From Candidatus Heimdallarchaeota archaeon (GTDB taxonomy: Archaea; Asgardarchaeota; Heimdallarchaeia; Heimdallarchaeales; Heimdallarchaeaceae): a stretch of DNA of 64,000 nucleotides. The notes under the pieces were generated by a model, which was not told the DNA's origin, did not search any database, and worked only from the letters and a program-made list of their open reading frames with translations. Below are positions 41,148 through 51,092 of this stretch, piece after piece. Positions within the stretch are counted from its first letter, which is position 1. Every line of letters starts with the position of its first letter. Where the stretch lies: positions 26,470 through 90,469 of the forward strand of contig JABCTC010000012.1 in NCBI GenBank assembly GCA_018238545.1, given 5' to 3'. The position numbers and the translations under genes were made by a program.

Positions 41148-42095
41148 CTACTCAAATAGTTCCGTAGAGTAAGGAGCATCAGTGATACCACTTTCTGTAA
41201 CATAAAACAATGCTTCTCTTTCAGGCATCCTTGAACTATCAAACAACCTAGCAATTCTTGAACTACCTCTTGATTTTCTTAGGAATATTCTTTGTTGAGG
41301 TCGATGGGCCCAAGCAAATCCTAAGGCAGGTTCTTCAGGGCTTCCGAATAAGAATTCTTCAACATTAGCAATAATTTGGTTAGTTACAACAATTGCAAGA
41401 TCATGTTTTACAGCAATCATGATCAGCTGTTCTGCAATTTGCATGAGTTTTTGTTGTCTTTCAACAAGCTTTCCTTTTCCTATAAATTCAGAGCGAAAAT
41501 GTGATGCTAAAGAATCAATGATTAGTAATTTGACGTTTTTCTCTGGTATAATTTCATCTAATTGGTCGACAATGCTAAATAAATGATGAGTGTTAACTGC
41601 TGAACTGATATAGATGTTGTTTAGTATTTCCTCAACATCCAATTCTCGGTAAGATGCCATTTCAACCACTCTTCGGGGTGAAAATGTTCTTTCAGTGTCA
41701 ATAAAAAAGGCATTACCTTCCAATCCTCCCTCTTCAAAAGGTAATTGTACGTTAATACATAATTGAAAACAAAGTTGTGTTTTACCAGAACCAAAACCAC
41801 CGGCTAACTCTGTTAACTCCTGTGTCCATATTCCCCCACCGAGTATGCCATCAAATTCATTTGAAGATGTAGTGATTTTACCTCTTTTCGATTCAAGTTC
41901 CAAAAATTTCATGGCTGAAATAGGTTGTATCCCAAGTTTATGTTGGGCCTTCTCAATGATTTTTTTTGCTTCTTCGATGGTTATATCAATCTCAGAGGAA
42001 AGTTCTTCTGATGTTGAAATTGATAAACTTTCAATAGTAAAACCAGCATTTTCTAACTTCTCCAGTATTTTCTTATTGATTCCTTCAAGATCCAT
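41148..42095 (-). CDS. RadA/Rad51-family recombinase paralogue
   Basis: N-terminal HhH domain, Walker A GGFGSGKTQ, IDTERTF, LIIDSLASHFR, ERQQKL, VVTNQ. Confidence 0.88.
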   Translation of the reverse strand: MDLEGINKKILEKLENAGFTIESLSISTSEELSSEIDITIEEAKKIIEKAQHKLGIQPISAMKFLELESKRGKITTSSNEFDGILGGGIWTQELTELAGGFGSGKTQLCFQLCINVQLPFEEGGLEGNAFFIDTERTFSPRRVVEMASYRELDVEEILNNIYISSAVNTHHLFSIVDQLDEIIPEKNVKLLIIDSLASHFRSEFIGKGKLVERQQKLMQIAEQLIMIAVKHDLAIVVTNQIIANVEEFLFGSPEEPALGFAWAHRPQQRIFLRKSRGSSRIARLFDSSRMPEREALFYVTESGITDAPYSTELFE

Positions 42096-42299
42096 TTGCT
42101 AATCACCAATTAGGTAATAAATACTTGTTAAAAACTTTGGGTAAAAATGTATCGTTAGTTAATTTGATTTGTTTAATTATCGAAAAACACTAATCTTTTT
42201 ATATTCTTCTTCAGCCATTTTTATGATAACTTTTGAGAGTTAAATATCTCTCAAAAAATATCTCAACATCATTAAGGTGCTAATATTTCGGTGACATAA

Positions 42300-43481
42300 A
42301 TGAAAGAAATAACAGAAGATGTTTTTTACATCGGTGTGAATGACCATGAAACTGATCTTTTTGAAGGTTTATGGCCTATTCCAGAAGGAGTTAGTTATAA
42401 TAGTTATCTGGTTAAAGGAACAGAGAAAGTAGCTATTGTTGATTTAGTGAAAATTCTATTCGTAGATGAATTTCTAACAAATATTGAGAAGAACGTTTCC
42501 TTTGAAAAGATTGATTATGTTGTAATGAATCACATTGAACCTGATCATAGTGGTTCTCTCTTAAGGTTTCTTGAAAAAGCGCCTCAAGTGACAATTATAT
42601 GTACTAAAAAAGCAAAGGGTATGCTCAATGATTTTTACAAAGTAACTAATAACATAGTTATTGTAGGTGAGGGTGATGAAATTGATTTGGGTGGTAGAAA
42701 ACTTGTTTTCTATATGGACCCATTGGTTCATTGGCCTGAAACAATGTTAACTTATGATACTAAAGACCAAATACTCTTTTCTTGCGATGCTTTCGGTTCG
42801 TACAAGGCTTTAGACATAGGTATATTTGACGATGAAGTAAACCCTGATGAATATTATGAAGAAACAATAAGGTATTTCAGCAATATCGTTGCTAAATATG
42901 TAAAATATGTTCAAAAAGCAATGGCTAAGCTTACCGATTTACCTATAAAGATGATTGCTCCATCTCACGGAATTATTTGGAGAGCAAATCCAAAAAGGAT
43001 AATTGATTTATATGTTGATTTAGCTGCAAGAAAAACTCAACCTGGTGTAGCTATCATATATGGTTCCATGTATGGAAACACAAAAAATGTAGCGGATTAT
43101 GTTGCTGAGGGTGTTAAAGAGGCTGGTGTTCCCGTAATAATGCTTGATTTTACTAGACATCATTTGAGCTATTTGCTAAAAGAGTCGTGGAAAAACAAAG
43201 GGATTATACTTGGCATTCCAACATATGATGGAGGACCATTTTTAGGAGCTTCATATTACTTACATTTGATGAAAAGAAAGAATTTACGCGAAAGAATTGT
43301 AGGGTTCTTTGGCTCATCGCTGTGGAGTGGTCGTGCATTACTTCAAGCTTCCGAACAACTGAAAGAATTAGATTGGGAAATTGTTGAACCGTTACTAGAA
43401 TTCAGAGGAGCTGCAACAGAGGAAGTTTTGCAGCAAGCCAAAGAATTAGGTAAAAAAATAGGTGAGATGACAAAAGAGTAG
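42300..43481 (+). CDS. fprA: Flavodiiron protein (FprA/NorV-type O2/NO reductase)
   Basis: GVSYNSYL, NHIEPDHSG, VHWPET, FSCDAFG, APSHG, flavodoxin YGSMYGNT. Confidence 0.92.
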   Translation: MKEITEDVFYIGVNDHETDLFEGLWPIPEGVSYNSYLVKGTEKVAIVDLVKILFVDEFLTNIEKNVSFEKIDYVVMNHIEPDHSGSLLRFLEKAPQVTIICTKKAKGMLNDFYKVTNNIVIVGEGDEIDLGGRKLVFYMDPLVHWPETMLTYDTKDQILFSCDAFGSYKALDIGIFDDEVNPDEYYEETIRYFSNIVAKYVKYVQKAMAKLTDLPIKMIAPSHGIIWRANPKRIIDLYVDLAARKTQPGVAIIYGSMYGNTKNVADYVAEGVKEAGVPVIMLDFTRHHLSYLLKESWKNKGIILGIPTYDGGPFLGASYYLHLMKRKNLRERIVGFFGSSLWSGRALLQASEQLKELDWEIVEPLLEFRGAATEEVLQQAKELGKKIGEMTKE

Positions 43482-43622
43482 TAAATAGATAGTTTTTCTA
43501 CTCCTTTTTCTCATTTTTGTTGCATTACTTTTCATTTTAAAACCCTTATCTCTTGTTTTCTTACTTATTCCTAGCAAATTTTAGAAAAAAGTTTTAAATC
43601 CTTAAAGAGAAATAATATCAGA

Positions 43623-43835
43623 ATGACCTATCTACAACAAAAAATAACAAAAGAGAGCGGGTTAAAATTAACAAATGAAGTTGTAGATATTATTGTGGAA
43701 GGAATGTCAGATAATAATCGAGGTGTGAGAGAGGCAGCATATTCTACTTGGGTTTCAGTAGTAGAGATGGAATCAGATCAAGTTACTGAAGAAATGCTAT
43801 CCAAAGTCACTCAAGCCCTGAAGACCTATTCTTGA
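43623..43835 (+). CDS. Small HEAT-repeat-like protein
   Basis: IIVEGMSDNNRGVREAAYST HEAT-like motif; TATA-like TTTTAAA upstream. Confidence 0.55.
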   Translation: MTYLQQKITKESGLKLTNEVVDIIVEGMSDNNRGVREAAYSTWVSVVEMESDQVTEEMLSKVTQALKTYS

Positions 43836-43894
43836 AGTGAATATAGTATCATTTGACTTTTAAAAACAAAAATAAAAAAAGAGAAATATTTTCT

Positions 43895-45520
43895 CTAATA
43901 ATCTTCGGGCATTCCACCGCCGCCACCAGGCATTGGGGGACCGCCACCAGATAGTTCTTTAGAAGCAATAACGTCATCAATTCTTAAGATCATTTCTGCA
44001 GCTTCAGAAGCACTACTGATAGCTTGTAATTTGACAGAAATAGGCTCCCAAACATTGAGTTTAGACATGTCATCTACTTTCTTAGCAAAAGGATTAACTC
44101 CAAAGAAGTTACCAACTTTGCTGTGTTGGACATGCAATTCAGCAAGTACATCAATAGGATCAAGTCCACCGTTTTCTGCTAAAGTTCTTGGAATAATTTC
44201 TACAGCCTTAGCGAATTTTTCAACTGCTAATTGAACTTTACTAGTTTGAGCTTTAGCAAATCCACTTAGTTTTTGACTAATTTGAATTTCTGGAGCTCCA
44301 CCACCTGGAACAACTTTTTGGTCATGAATAACTTGTCTAACGACACAGAGGGCATCATGAATAGCTCTATCTGCTTCATTGACAATCATTTCTGTTCCAC
44401 CACGGATGACAATAGAAACTGCCTTAGGATCTGTGCAACCTGTAATGAAAATCATGTTGTCATCACTGATGGATTTCTGTTCTGCGAGTTCAGCGTTTCC
44501 AAGGTATTGATCTAAATCGTCAAGGCTTGTTGTAACTTTAGCTCCAGTTGCTTTAGCTAATTTATCCATGTCGCTTTTCTTAATTCGACGAACAGCTGAA
44601 ATACCTTTCTTTGCTAGATAGTGTTGAATAATATCATCAATACCTTTCTGACAAAGTACTACGTTAGCTCCAGAGGCAATGATTTTATCAGCCATCTCTT
44701 TTAGCATTTCGTGTTCACTATCCAAAAATGCTTGGATTTGGTCTGGACTTGTAATGTTAATTTTAGCGTCAATTTCTGTTTTGCTTAATTCAAGACCTTT
44801 ATCTAGAAGTAGAATTTTTGCACCGCTTATCTTTTTGGGCATGTCAACATGTACAAACTCTTTGTCGAGTATAATTCCATCGATGAGTTCTGTATCAGCA
44901 AGACTTCCTCCTTTCTTCTTCTGGATTTGGATGTTGTCAATGTTGGCAACAAGCTCACCATCCTTTTCTTCAGTAATAGATTTCACTGCTTTCACAATAA
45001 TCTTAGAGAGCGTTTCTTTCTCACCACTGACTATTTTGGATGACATGGAAGTTTGAGCAACATAATTGAGTATATCTTCATCTTCAAACGATACCTCTCT
45101 AGCCATTTCTTCTAGAATTTCGATAGCCTTAAATCGGGCTTTTTTGTAACCATCAACAATGATGCTAGGATGAACATCAATATCTAACAAATCTTCAGCT
45201 TGCTTAAGCAGTTCTCCAGCAATCACAACAACGGTAGTTGTTCCGTCACCAGTTTCTTGATCTTGTGTCTTGGATAAATCAATAAGGAATTTAGCTGCAG
45301 GATGACTGACTTCAATCTCTTTCAAAATTGTAGCACCATCATTTGTAACAATAGTATCACTAAAATTGTCTATCAACATTTTGTCCATCCCTTTGGGACC
45401 AAGAGCTGAACGAATCGCTTCAGATACTGCTCTAGCGGCAAGGATATTATTTCTTTGTGCATCTTTACCCTGAGTTCTTTCAGTACCTTCTTTCATAATA
45501 TAAATGGGAGTACCATACAT
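43895..45520 (-). CDS. ths: Thermosome (group II chaperonin) subunit
   Basis: LGPKGMDKM, TNDGATIL, GDGTTT, GGGAPE, ILRIDDVI, Gly/Met-rich tail. Confidence 0.96.
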   Translation of the reverse strand: MYGTPIYIMKEGTERTQGKDAQRNNILAARAVSEAIRSALGPKGMDKMLIDNFSDTIVTNDGATILKEIEVSHPAAKFLIDLSKTQDQETGDGTTTVVVIAGELLKQAEDLLDIDVHPSIIVDGYKKARFKAIEILEEMAREVSFEDEDILNYVAQTSMSSKIVSGEKETLSKIIVKAVKSITEEKDGELVANIDNIQIQKKKGGSLADTELIDGIILDKEFVHVDMPKKISGAKILLLDKGLELSKTEIDAKINITSPDQIQAFLDSEHEMLKEMADKIIASGANVVLCQKGIDDIIQHYLAKKGISAVRRIKKSDMDKLAKATGAKVTTSLDDLDQYLGNAELAEQKSISDDNMIFITGCTDPKAVSIVIRGGTEMIVNEADRAIHDALCVVRQVIHDQKVVPGGGAPEIQISQKLSGFAKAQTSKVQLAVEKFAKAVEIIPRTLAENGGLDPIDVLAELHVQHSKVGNFFGVNPFAKKVDDMSKLNVWEPISVKLQAISSASEAAEMILRIDDVIASKELSGGGPPMPGGGGGMPEDY

Positions 45521-45916
45521 AATTTTTACCTCACTCTAATAATGTTTGAGTGTAAATTTCAATTTGTTTTACTTTTCATTGATATATAACCTTTGTGTTT
45601 TTATAAAAATTGTAACTAACACATTTCTTCTCTAATTATTGATGAAGTATCATCCTTTCATCCAATTTTAAACGCTTATTTTAAAACAATATCTCCAACG
45701 TGCACTTGTACTAGTATAAGTTACCATATAAGCTTATTCTTAACTCAAAATTCACTTGCATTGCCTATCCAGAGCGTTAATTGATTTCGTACAGAATCCC
45801 GACTTAATTGCCTAACTACATAAATTTTTAAGATTGGTTTACCAATATATTTATAGGGGTTTTTCTGATGATTCACCACACTATTAGTGTGAAGAAGGGA
45901 AAGAAGTGATTACAGA

Positions 45917-46912
45917 TTGTTAGGTCTTAATTCAAATTCTAATTGGTTATTCTCTGATAGAGATGTATCCATATCCGTTGCTGGATTAGATGGAGTTGGA
46001 AAAACCACCATTATTAATAAAATTCTGAATGAAGAGATAACTGAAACCTACTCTACTTATGGTATCAACCACGAAACAGTTAATATTGATGGATTGAAAC
46101 TTGGTTTGACAGATTTAGGAGGTAAAGAACCTTTTAGAAAATCTCTTTGGCCTAGTTATATTTCCCGTTCCGACGCGCTCATTTTTGTTGTTGATGCAAC
46201 TAAAGAACATCAGATTCAAGAATCAAAGAAATGGTTTATTCGTTCCTTGAAGTGGATTAAGGAAGATTCACCTATACTTGTTTTACTTAACACCTGGGAT
46301 AAGAAAGTTAACCAAAAAGAAATCAACACCGTTTCTAACTTGTTTAAGTCATCTTCTCGTCGACAATTGATTGAATGTTTTAGTGTATCTCCAATTACTG
46401 GTGAAAATCTAAACAAAACAATTGATTGGTTAGCTAATACAATTATCACCAATCTAGTTAGTACGGGAATATCGGTAGAGTATTTTGTTGCATTTCTTAA
46501 AATAGACAATGGTATAATAGAGGCAAGAATTCGCACACCATCAGTAATTGATGAAACTGAAGGGATCTCTCCTGTAATTCGTTACAAATTTGCGTCTGGC
46601 GATGAGTCAATTCTTGAATACATGAACCTTAAAGGAAGACAAGTAGTCATGGCAGCTGACGATCAGACATCATGTTGGTTGATGACAAATGTGATTGATC
46701 AGAATGAAGAGATAAAAGGTGCTTCTTTGCTTTTGAAACTATTAACAGAATTTATTAAGGAAATACAAGGATTGAAAGAGGATAGAGGCGTTAATATATC
46801 AGAATCTGATTTGACAAGTCACCTTATGAAATACTTGATTGACAACCAATCTTTCTGGTCTGAGAAAGAACTACCAATGTTTGAAATCTCTTATGTAGAA
46901 AACAATTCTTGA
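45917..46912 (+). CDS. Arf-like small GTPase with a C-terminal extra domain
   Basis: GLDGVGKTT, STYGIN, DLGGK..FR.LW.SY, IFVVDA, LNTWD, SPITGENL...IDWL. Confidence 0.82.
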   Translation: MLGLNSNSNWLFSDRDVSISVAGLDGVGKTTIINKILNEEITETYSTYGINHETVNIDGLKLGLTDLGGKEPFRKSLWPSYISRSDALIFVVDATKEHQIQESKKWFIRSLKWIKEDSPILVLLNTWDKKVNQKEINTVSNLFKSSSRRQLIECFSVSPITGENLNKTIDWLANTIITNLVSTGISVEYFVAFLKIDNGIIEARIRTPSVIDETEGISPVIRYKFASGDESILEYMNLKGRQVVMAADDQTSCWLMTNVIDQNEEIKGASLLLKLLTEFIKEIQGLKEDRGVNISESDLTSHLMKYLIDNQSFWSEKELPMFEISYVENNS

Positions 46913-47000
46913 AGAATGGTTAAAAAATTCCCATTTTACTAGGATGATAAGGTGACAAAACCCTTATAATAATTTCTTTGTTAATTACTTTGAATTAACC

Positions 47001-48503
47001 ATGGATTCTGAGCTAAAAGAGATTCTTAAAGGTATCAAAGGTTTCAGAGACTTCTACCCAGAGGACTATGCTGAAATCAATAAGATTCTGAATATTATGC
47101 GTGATGTTTCTAATAAGTTTGGTTTTGAGGAATATGAGGGACCCTCTCTAGAATACGCCAAATTAATTGAGCACAAGTCTGGACAGGACTTGTATGACGA
47201 AATATACAGCCTGGAGGATCGAGAAAAGCGCAAATTGGTTCTTAGGCCAGAGCAAACTCCTACTTTAGCACGATTAATTGCGAATCAACATCAAAGATAT
47301 CCCAAACCAATGAGATGGTTTTCTATTCCAAGAATTTTCCGAGATGAAACACCTCAAAGGGGAAGAGTTAAGGAGCACTTTCAATTTAATGCGGATATAA
47401 TTGGAGTAGATCAAGTTGGTGCCGATGCTGAGATTATTGCCCTTACTACTCAAATAATCAAGAAAGCTGGATTAAACGAAGACGAGTTTGTTTGTACAAT
47501 CAATAGCAGAGAATTAGTTCAAAATTATCTGAATCATTTGGGTGTCGAAAATTTACCAGATGTTATAAGAGCCATAGATTCTCGTGAAAAACATGTTCAG
47601 AGTTATATTAAGCAAGATTTAATTAATAAAAAAGTAGAGAAGGAAAAAGCTGATGATCTTTCTATGATTGTTAGGACTGTATGGATGCAAGACCCAAAAT
47701 TGGAAAAGTTCAGTTCAATTCTTCAGAAGGATTCTAACCTGGCTCCTTATGTTGATAGCTTACAAGAGATTGCTGAGAAAGTAATCAAGAAATCATTCAA
47801 AAATCTAGGTTTAACTGATCTTCAATCAGATAAGTTGTATGCTTTTTCAAATGTCAGAGGTAATCCAGAGGTTTTCCTTGAACAAATGCAAAATGAGTTC
47901 GATTTAGATGAAGCAACCAAAGAAGTTCTAGACAAAATGAAAGAACTTGCTGTATATCTAAAAATGTTTGGAGTTATTGATACTTGCATTTATGATGCCT
48001 CTATAGCACGAGGTCTCGATTATTATACAGGAATAGTGTTCGAGTTCTACGATACAACAGGTTCCGTTGTGAGGGCAATCGCTGGGGGAGGAAGATATGA
48101 TCAGCTCGTTGAAAGTTTTGGTGGGGGAAAGATTTCTAGTACTGGAATAGGTATGGGTGAAACTGTTCTCTATTCCATTCTAAAAGAGCAAGGAAAACTG
48201 GAAAAATATGAACACCCTGCTAAGGTTTACGTTGTACCAATGTCAGAAGATGTTATTAACATTGCAGCTGAAATAGTTTCAACTTTAAGAGATGACTTTG
48301 CAACATTGTTTAATCCATTCGGCTGGAACCGTAAAAAACAACTCCAAGATGCAGTAAACAGGAATATCCCCTATGTGATTATTGTTGGTAAAAGAGATTT
48401 AGAAAATAAGAGTGTAACTCTTAAAAATCTAGAAACAAGAGAGGAATCTTTAGTACTAATCTCTGATTTAACAAAAGAACTAAAGAAGCGATTTGCCCAA
48501 TAA
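47001..48503 (+). CDS. hisS: Histidine--tRNA ligase
   Basis: KGFRDFYP, LRPEQTP, FRDETPQRGRVKEHFQ, ARGLDYYTG, GGGRYD, anticodon-binding domain. Confidence 0.95.
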   Translation: MDSELKEILKGIKGFRDFYPEDYAEINKILNIMRDVSNKFGFEEYEGPSLEYAKLIEHKSGQDLYDEIYSLEDREKRKLVLRPEQTPTLARLIANQHQRYPKPMRWFSIPRIFRDETPQRGRVKEHFQFNADIIGVDQVGADAEIIALTTQIIKKAGLNEDEFVCTINSRELVQNYLNHLGVENLPDVIRAIDSREKHVQSYIKQDLINKKVEKEKADDLSMIVRTVWMQDPKLEKFSSILQKDSNLAPYVDSLQEIAEKVIKKSFKNLGLTDLQSDKLYAFSNVRGNPEVFLEQMQNEFDLDEATKEVLDKMKELAVYLKMFGVIDTCIYDASIARGLDYYTGIVFEFYDTTGSVVRAIAGGGRYDQLVESFGGGKISSTGIGMGETVLYSILKEQGKLEKYEHPAKVYVVPMSEDVINIAAEIVSTLRDDFATLFNPFGWNRKKQLQDAVNRNIPYVIIVGKRDLENKSVTLKNLETREESLVLISDLTKELKKRFAQ

Positions 48504-48579
48504 TCACACTATTTCTTTCCATCTTTAGGAAAAATGGAAGAACAAAACTAATTTATTCCATTTCTTTATTTGTGTATTA

Positions 48580-50178
48580 ATGACCGCGTTATTACACAAT
48601 TATCTTAAGTCTACAAAACCACAAACCTTTGCAAAAAATGTAACAGATAAATCTAAATTCACCAATATTTTAGCAGATTTACAACTAGAAAAAAATCTAA
48701 CTCTAGATAACTTTGTAGAATATATGTTAGCTGAGTGTAAAAAGCAGTATACTTTGGGAAACAAAGATGGAGTAATGATAATATTACGCAATGTTAAGGT
48801 TTTACTACCATTAGTACCTAAAATACTAATTGCCTTTTTTTACTTTGCATTAGCAGATTCTTTCTTGCTTTCAAATGATTATGAAGGAGCTGAAAAAGCA
48901 GTTAGAAAAGCAGAGGTTATCGCTCAGAAATTGAAGGACCCAAAGATACAAATTAAGGTGTATAACATGCAGTTTATCATAAGCAGGACACTTGAAAAAG
49001 ATAAAGCAATGAGTTTTCTTCTCAAATCTAAAGAACTGTCAGAAAAAAACAAATTCTATGAAAACATTGTATTTTGCGATGTTAACATTGGTCTAATGCA
49101 TCTATTCAAAAAAGAAGCAAACAAAGCATTAGAATTTTGTTCAAATACGATTGATATAGTAACTTCAAAACCTTATCCGAATGAAAAGATCATCCTTCCT
49201 GCAGATTTCTTCTTAAACATATTTTCTGATAACCCTGGACTTGCAGTCGTTTCAAAAAATAAAGAAACAATACTAAAAGGTGTAGGAGTTGTATTAAGAG
49301 CTATCAAGTATCTGAAGTCGGATTATGAGGCAACTAGACGTTTAACTATACTTGCAAACATTTTGAAACTTTCAGATAGTTTACTAGAACCGTCGATAAA
49401 ACAAATAGATGATTTCATAGAAGGATTAAATCGTAATAAGAAGGCGCTGTACTATTCTGCTACCGCACAAGGTGTTGCGGAATACAAAGAGTTCAAACTA
49501 GCTCTGGTTTATTTTGAGAAAGCTATAGAATTTTCTACTTATATACCAGATGATGAACAAAAGCTGATTAGGAAAGGTAACGCGTATACAATCGCTCAGC
49601 TTCTAGGAATATCTATGTTATATGATCTTGCATCGTCTTCACAGACTACGCAGTTAATGAAAAAGTTAACATTGAGATTGAATAATTCATGTTTAATTGG
49701 TGACAAAGATCAGAAAGTGGAATTTGCTAATACTGTTAGCGACTCAGATGCTGCATTTGCGCTTTCCAGAGACTTGATAGAAGAGAAATTGCTTTTTTCG
49801 ATTAAAGATAAATATGAGCTTAAAGACAATATAAGCAAATTCTTCTATAGAACTAGTAAGGAAGACATACTTGAAAATCTAGAAATCTTTGTGATAAACG
49901 CTTTGAACCAAAATGATGATGTACAGTCACTCCTATTTATAGGTTCAACAATGGATCAAAAGGATTTAAGAAAGACACGAAAAATCTTCTCTGGATATCA
50001 AATAATTGGACACATTTTGCCCAAGGAACTCAGAGAAAATAAGCATAATGAGGATTTTGTTATTAAATTTGTGAGTGATCTTCTACGAGCTCCACAGCGT
50101 TTCAAAAAGATTGAAATATTAATCCCAAATGATAATATTGCAATATCTTATAAACAACTATTTCCGGTGAAAAAGTGA
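48580..50178 (+). CDS. TPR-repeat protein
   Basis: Helical repeats such as DYEGAEKAVRKAEVIA, NIGLMHL...KALEF and LALVYFEKAIE. Confidence 0.7.
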   Translation: MTALLHNYLKSTKPQTFAKNVTDKSKFTNILADLQLEKNLTLDNFVEYMLAECKKQYTLGNKDGVMIILRNVKVLLPLVPKILIAFFYFALADSFLLSNDYEGAEKAVRKAEVIAQKLKDPKIQIKVYNMQFIISRTLEKDKAMSFLLKSKELSEKNKFYENIVFCDVNIGLMHLFKKEANKALEFCSNTIDIVTSKPYPNEKIILPADFFLNIFSDNPGLAVVSKNKETILKGVGVVLRAIKYLKSDYEATRRLTILANILKLSDSLLEPSIKQIDDFIEGLNRNKKALYYSATAQGVAEYKEFKLALVYFEKAIEFSTYIPDDEQKLIRKGNAYTIAQLLGISMLYDLASSSQTTQLMKKLTLRLNNSCLIGDKDQKVEFANTVSDSDAAFALSRDLIEEKLLFSIKDKYELKDNISKFFYRTSKEDILENLEIFVINALNQNDDVQSLLFIGSTMDQKDLRKTRKIFSGYQIIGHILPKELRENKHNEDFVIKFVSDLLRAPQRFKKIEILIPNDNIAISYKQLFPVKK

Positions 50179-50179
50179 C

Positions 50180-50980
50180 TTAACCAGCGAACATGGAGAT
50201 AATTGTATTTTGTACAGAAGTGATCTTTTCAGGATTGTAATTAGCTCTTTTCATTTCGTTAATTGCTTCGAACATGTATTCTTTGGCTTTAGGTTTTTTC
50301 TTAAGCTCAAAATATATTCGACCAATTAGTATTGCAATAGTAATTACATTGTCGTGATTATTTGTTTCCTTGAAATAAGTGAATGCGGGAGAAAGAAACT
50401 TCAGAGCCTTCGAATGATCGGATTGGGAGATTAAAACATGACCCAAATCAAATTCGCATTCTGCTTTCATTTTGTTGTTTTTTGCTTTTTTATAATAATC
50501 TAGTGCTGTTTTGTAGGCTTCAACAATGTTGACTTGATGATCAATAGAATCTGAAAGATCCATTTGATATGCCTCAGCTAGTTGTTTCCATGAATCAGCT
50601 ATTTTCTCTGAATCTTTTAGGTTAGTAAAAATGTGTATTGATTCAAATAAATATTGTCTGCTTCTCTTGAACTCTCCTTCTTCCTTATAGATCTCTCCAA
50701 GAGCTAACGCGCATTCTCCTAATTTGACCAATTTGTTAAGTTCTTTGAATCTAGAATACGCTCTAGCAAACATCAACCTAGATTGATCAAGCCGAGTGAT
50801 GTTAAAATATGCAGAAGCTAGAAGAAGTGAACTTTCTGCAGATTTCTCTTTATTGCCTGTTGTTGTATACATTTCTTGTGCATACATCAAATCCTTTATA
50901 CAATTTTGATAATTACCTTTGAGGAACCCGTCTTTTCCTCGCAAGAAGAAGAAATTTGCATTGGTATTTTGATCATTCAT
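50180..50980 (-). CDS. TPR/alpha-SNAP-like helical repeat protein
   Basis: Repeats such as KSAESSLLLASAY, LGECALALGEIY, KAECEFDLGHV and IGRIYFE. Confidence 0.75.
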   Translation of the reverse strand: MNDQNTNANFFFLRGKDGFLKGNYQNCIKDLMYAQEMYTTTGNKEKSAESSLLLASAYFNITRLDQSRLMFARAYSRFKELNKLVKLGECALALGEIYKEEGEFKRSRQYLFESIHIFTNLKDSEKIADSWKQLAEAYQMDLSDSIDHQVNIVEAYKTALDYYKKAKNNKMKAECEFDLGHVLISQSDHSKALKFLSPAFTYFKETNNHDNVITIAILIGRIYFELKKKPKAKEYMFEAINEMKRANYNPEKITSVQNTIISMFAG

Positions 50981-51092
50981 GTATATCTGCTCCTAGCCCA
51001 CTTGCCTTTCTATAATATAATTCACGTAATTTATTAAATAGTTTCTAGTAGTTTACTCCGCCAAAAAAATGGAAAAAATGGAAGAAAAGAGA

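Noticed and set aside
42210-42275. Possible third C/D sRNA on the minus strand
   Set aside because: Imperfect C box, no C' box and no terminal stem; better explained as the fprA promoter/leader.
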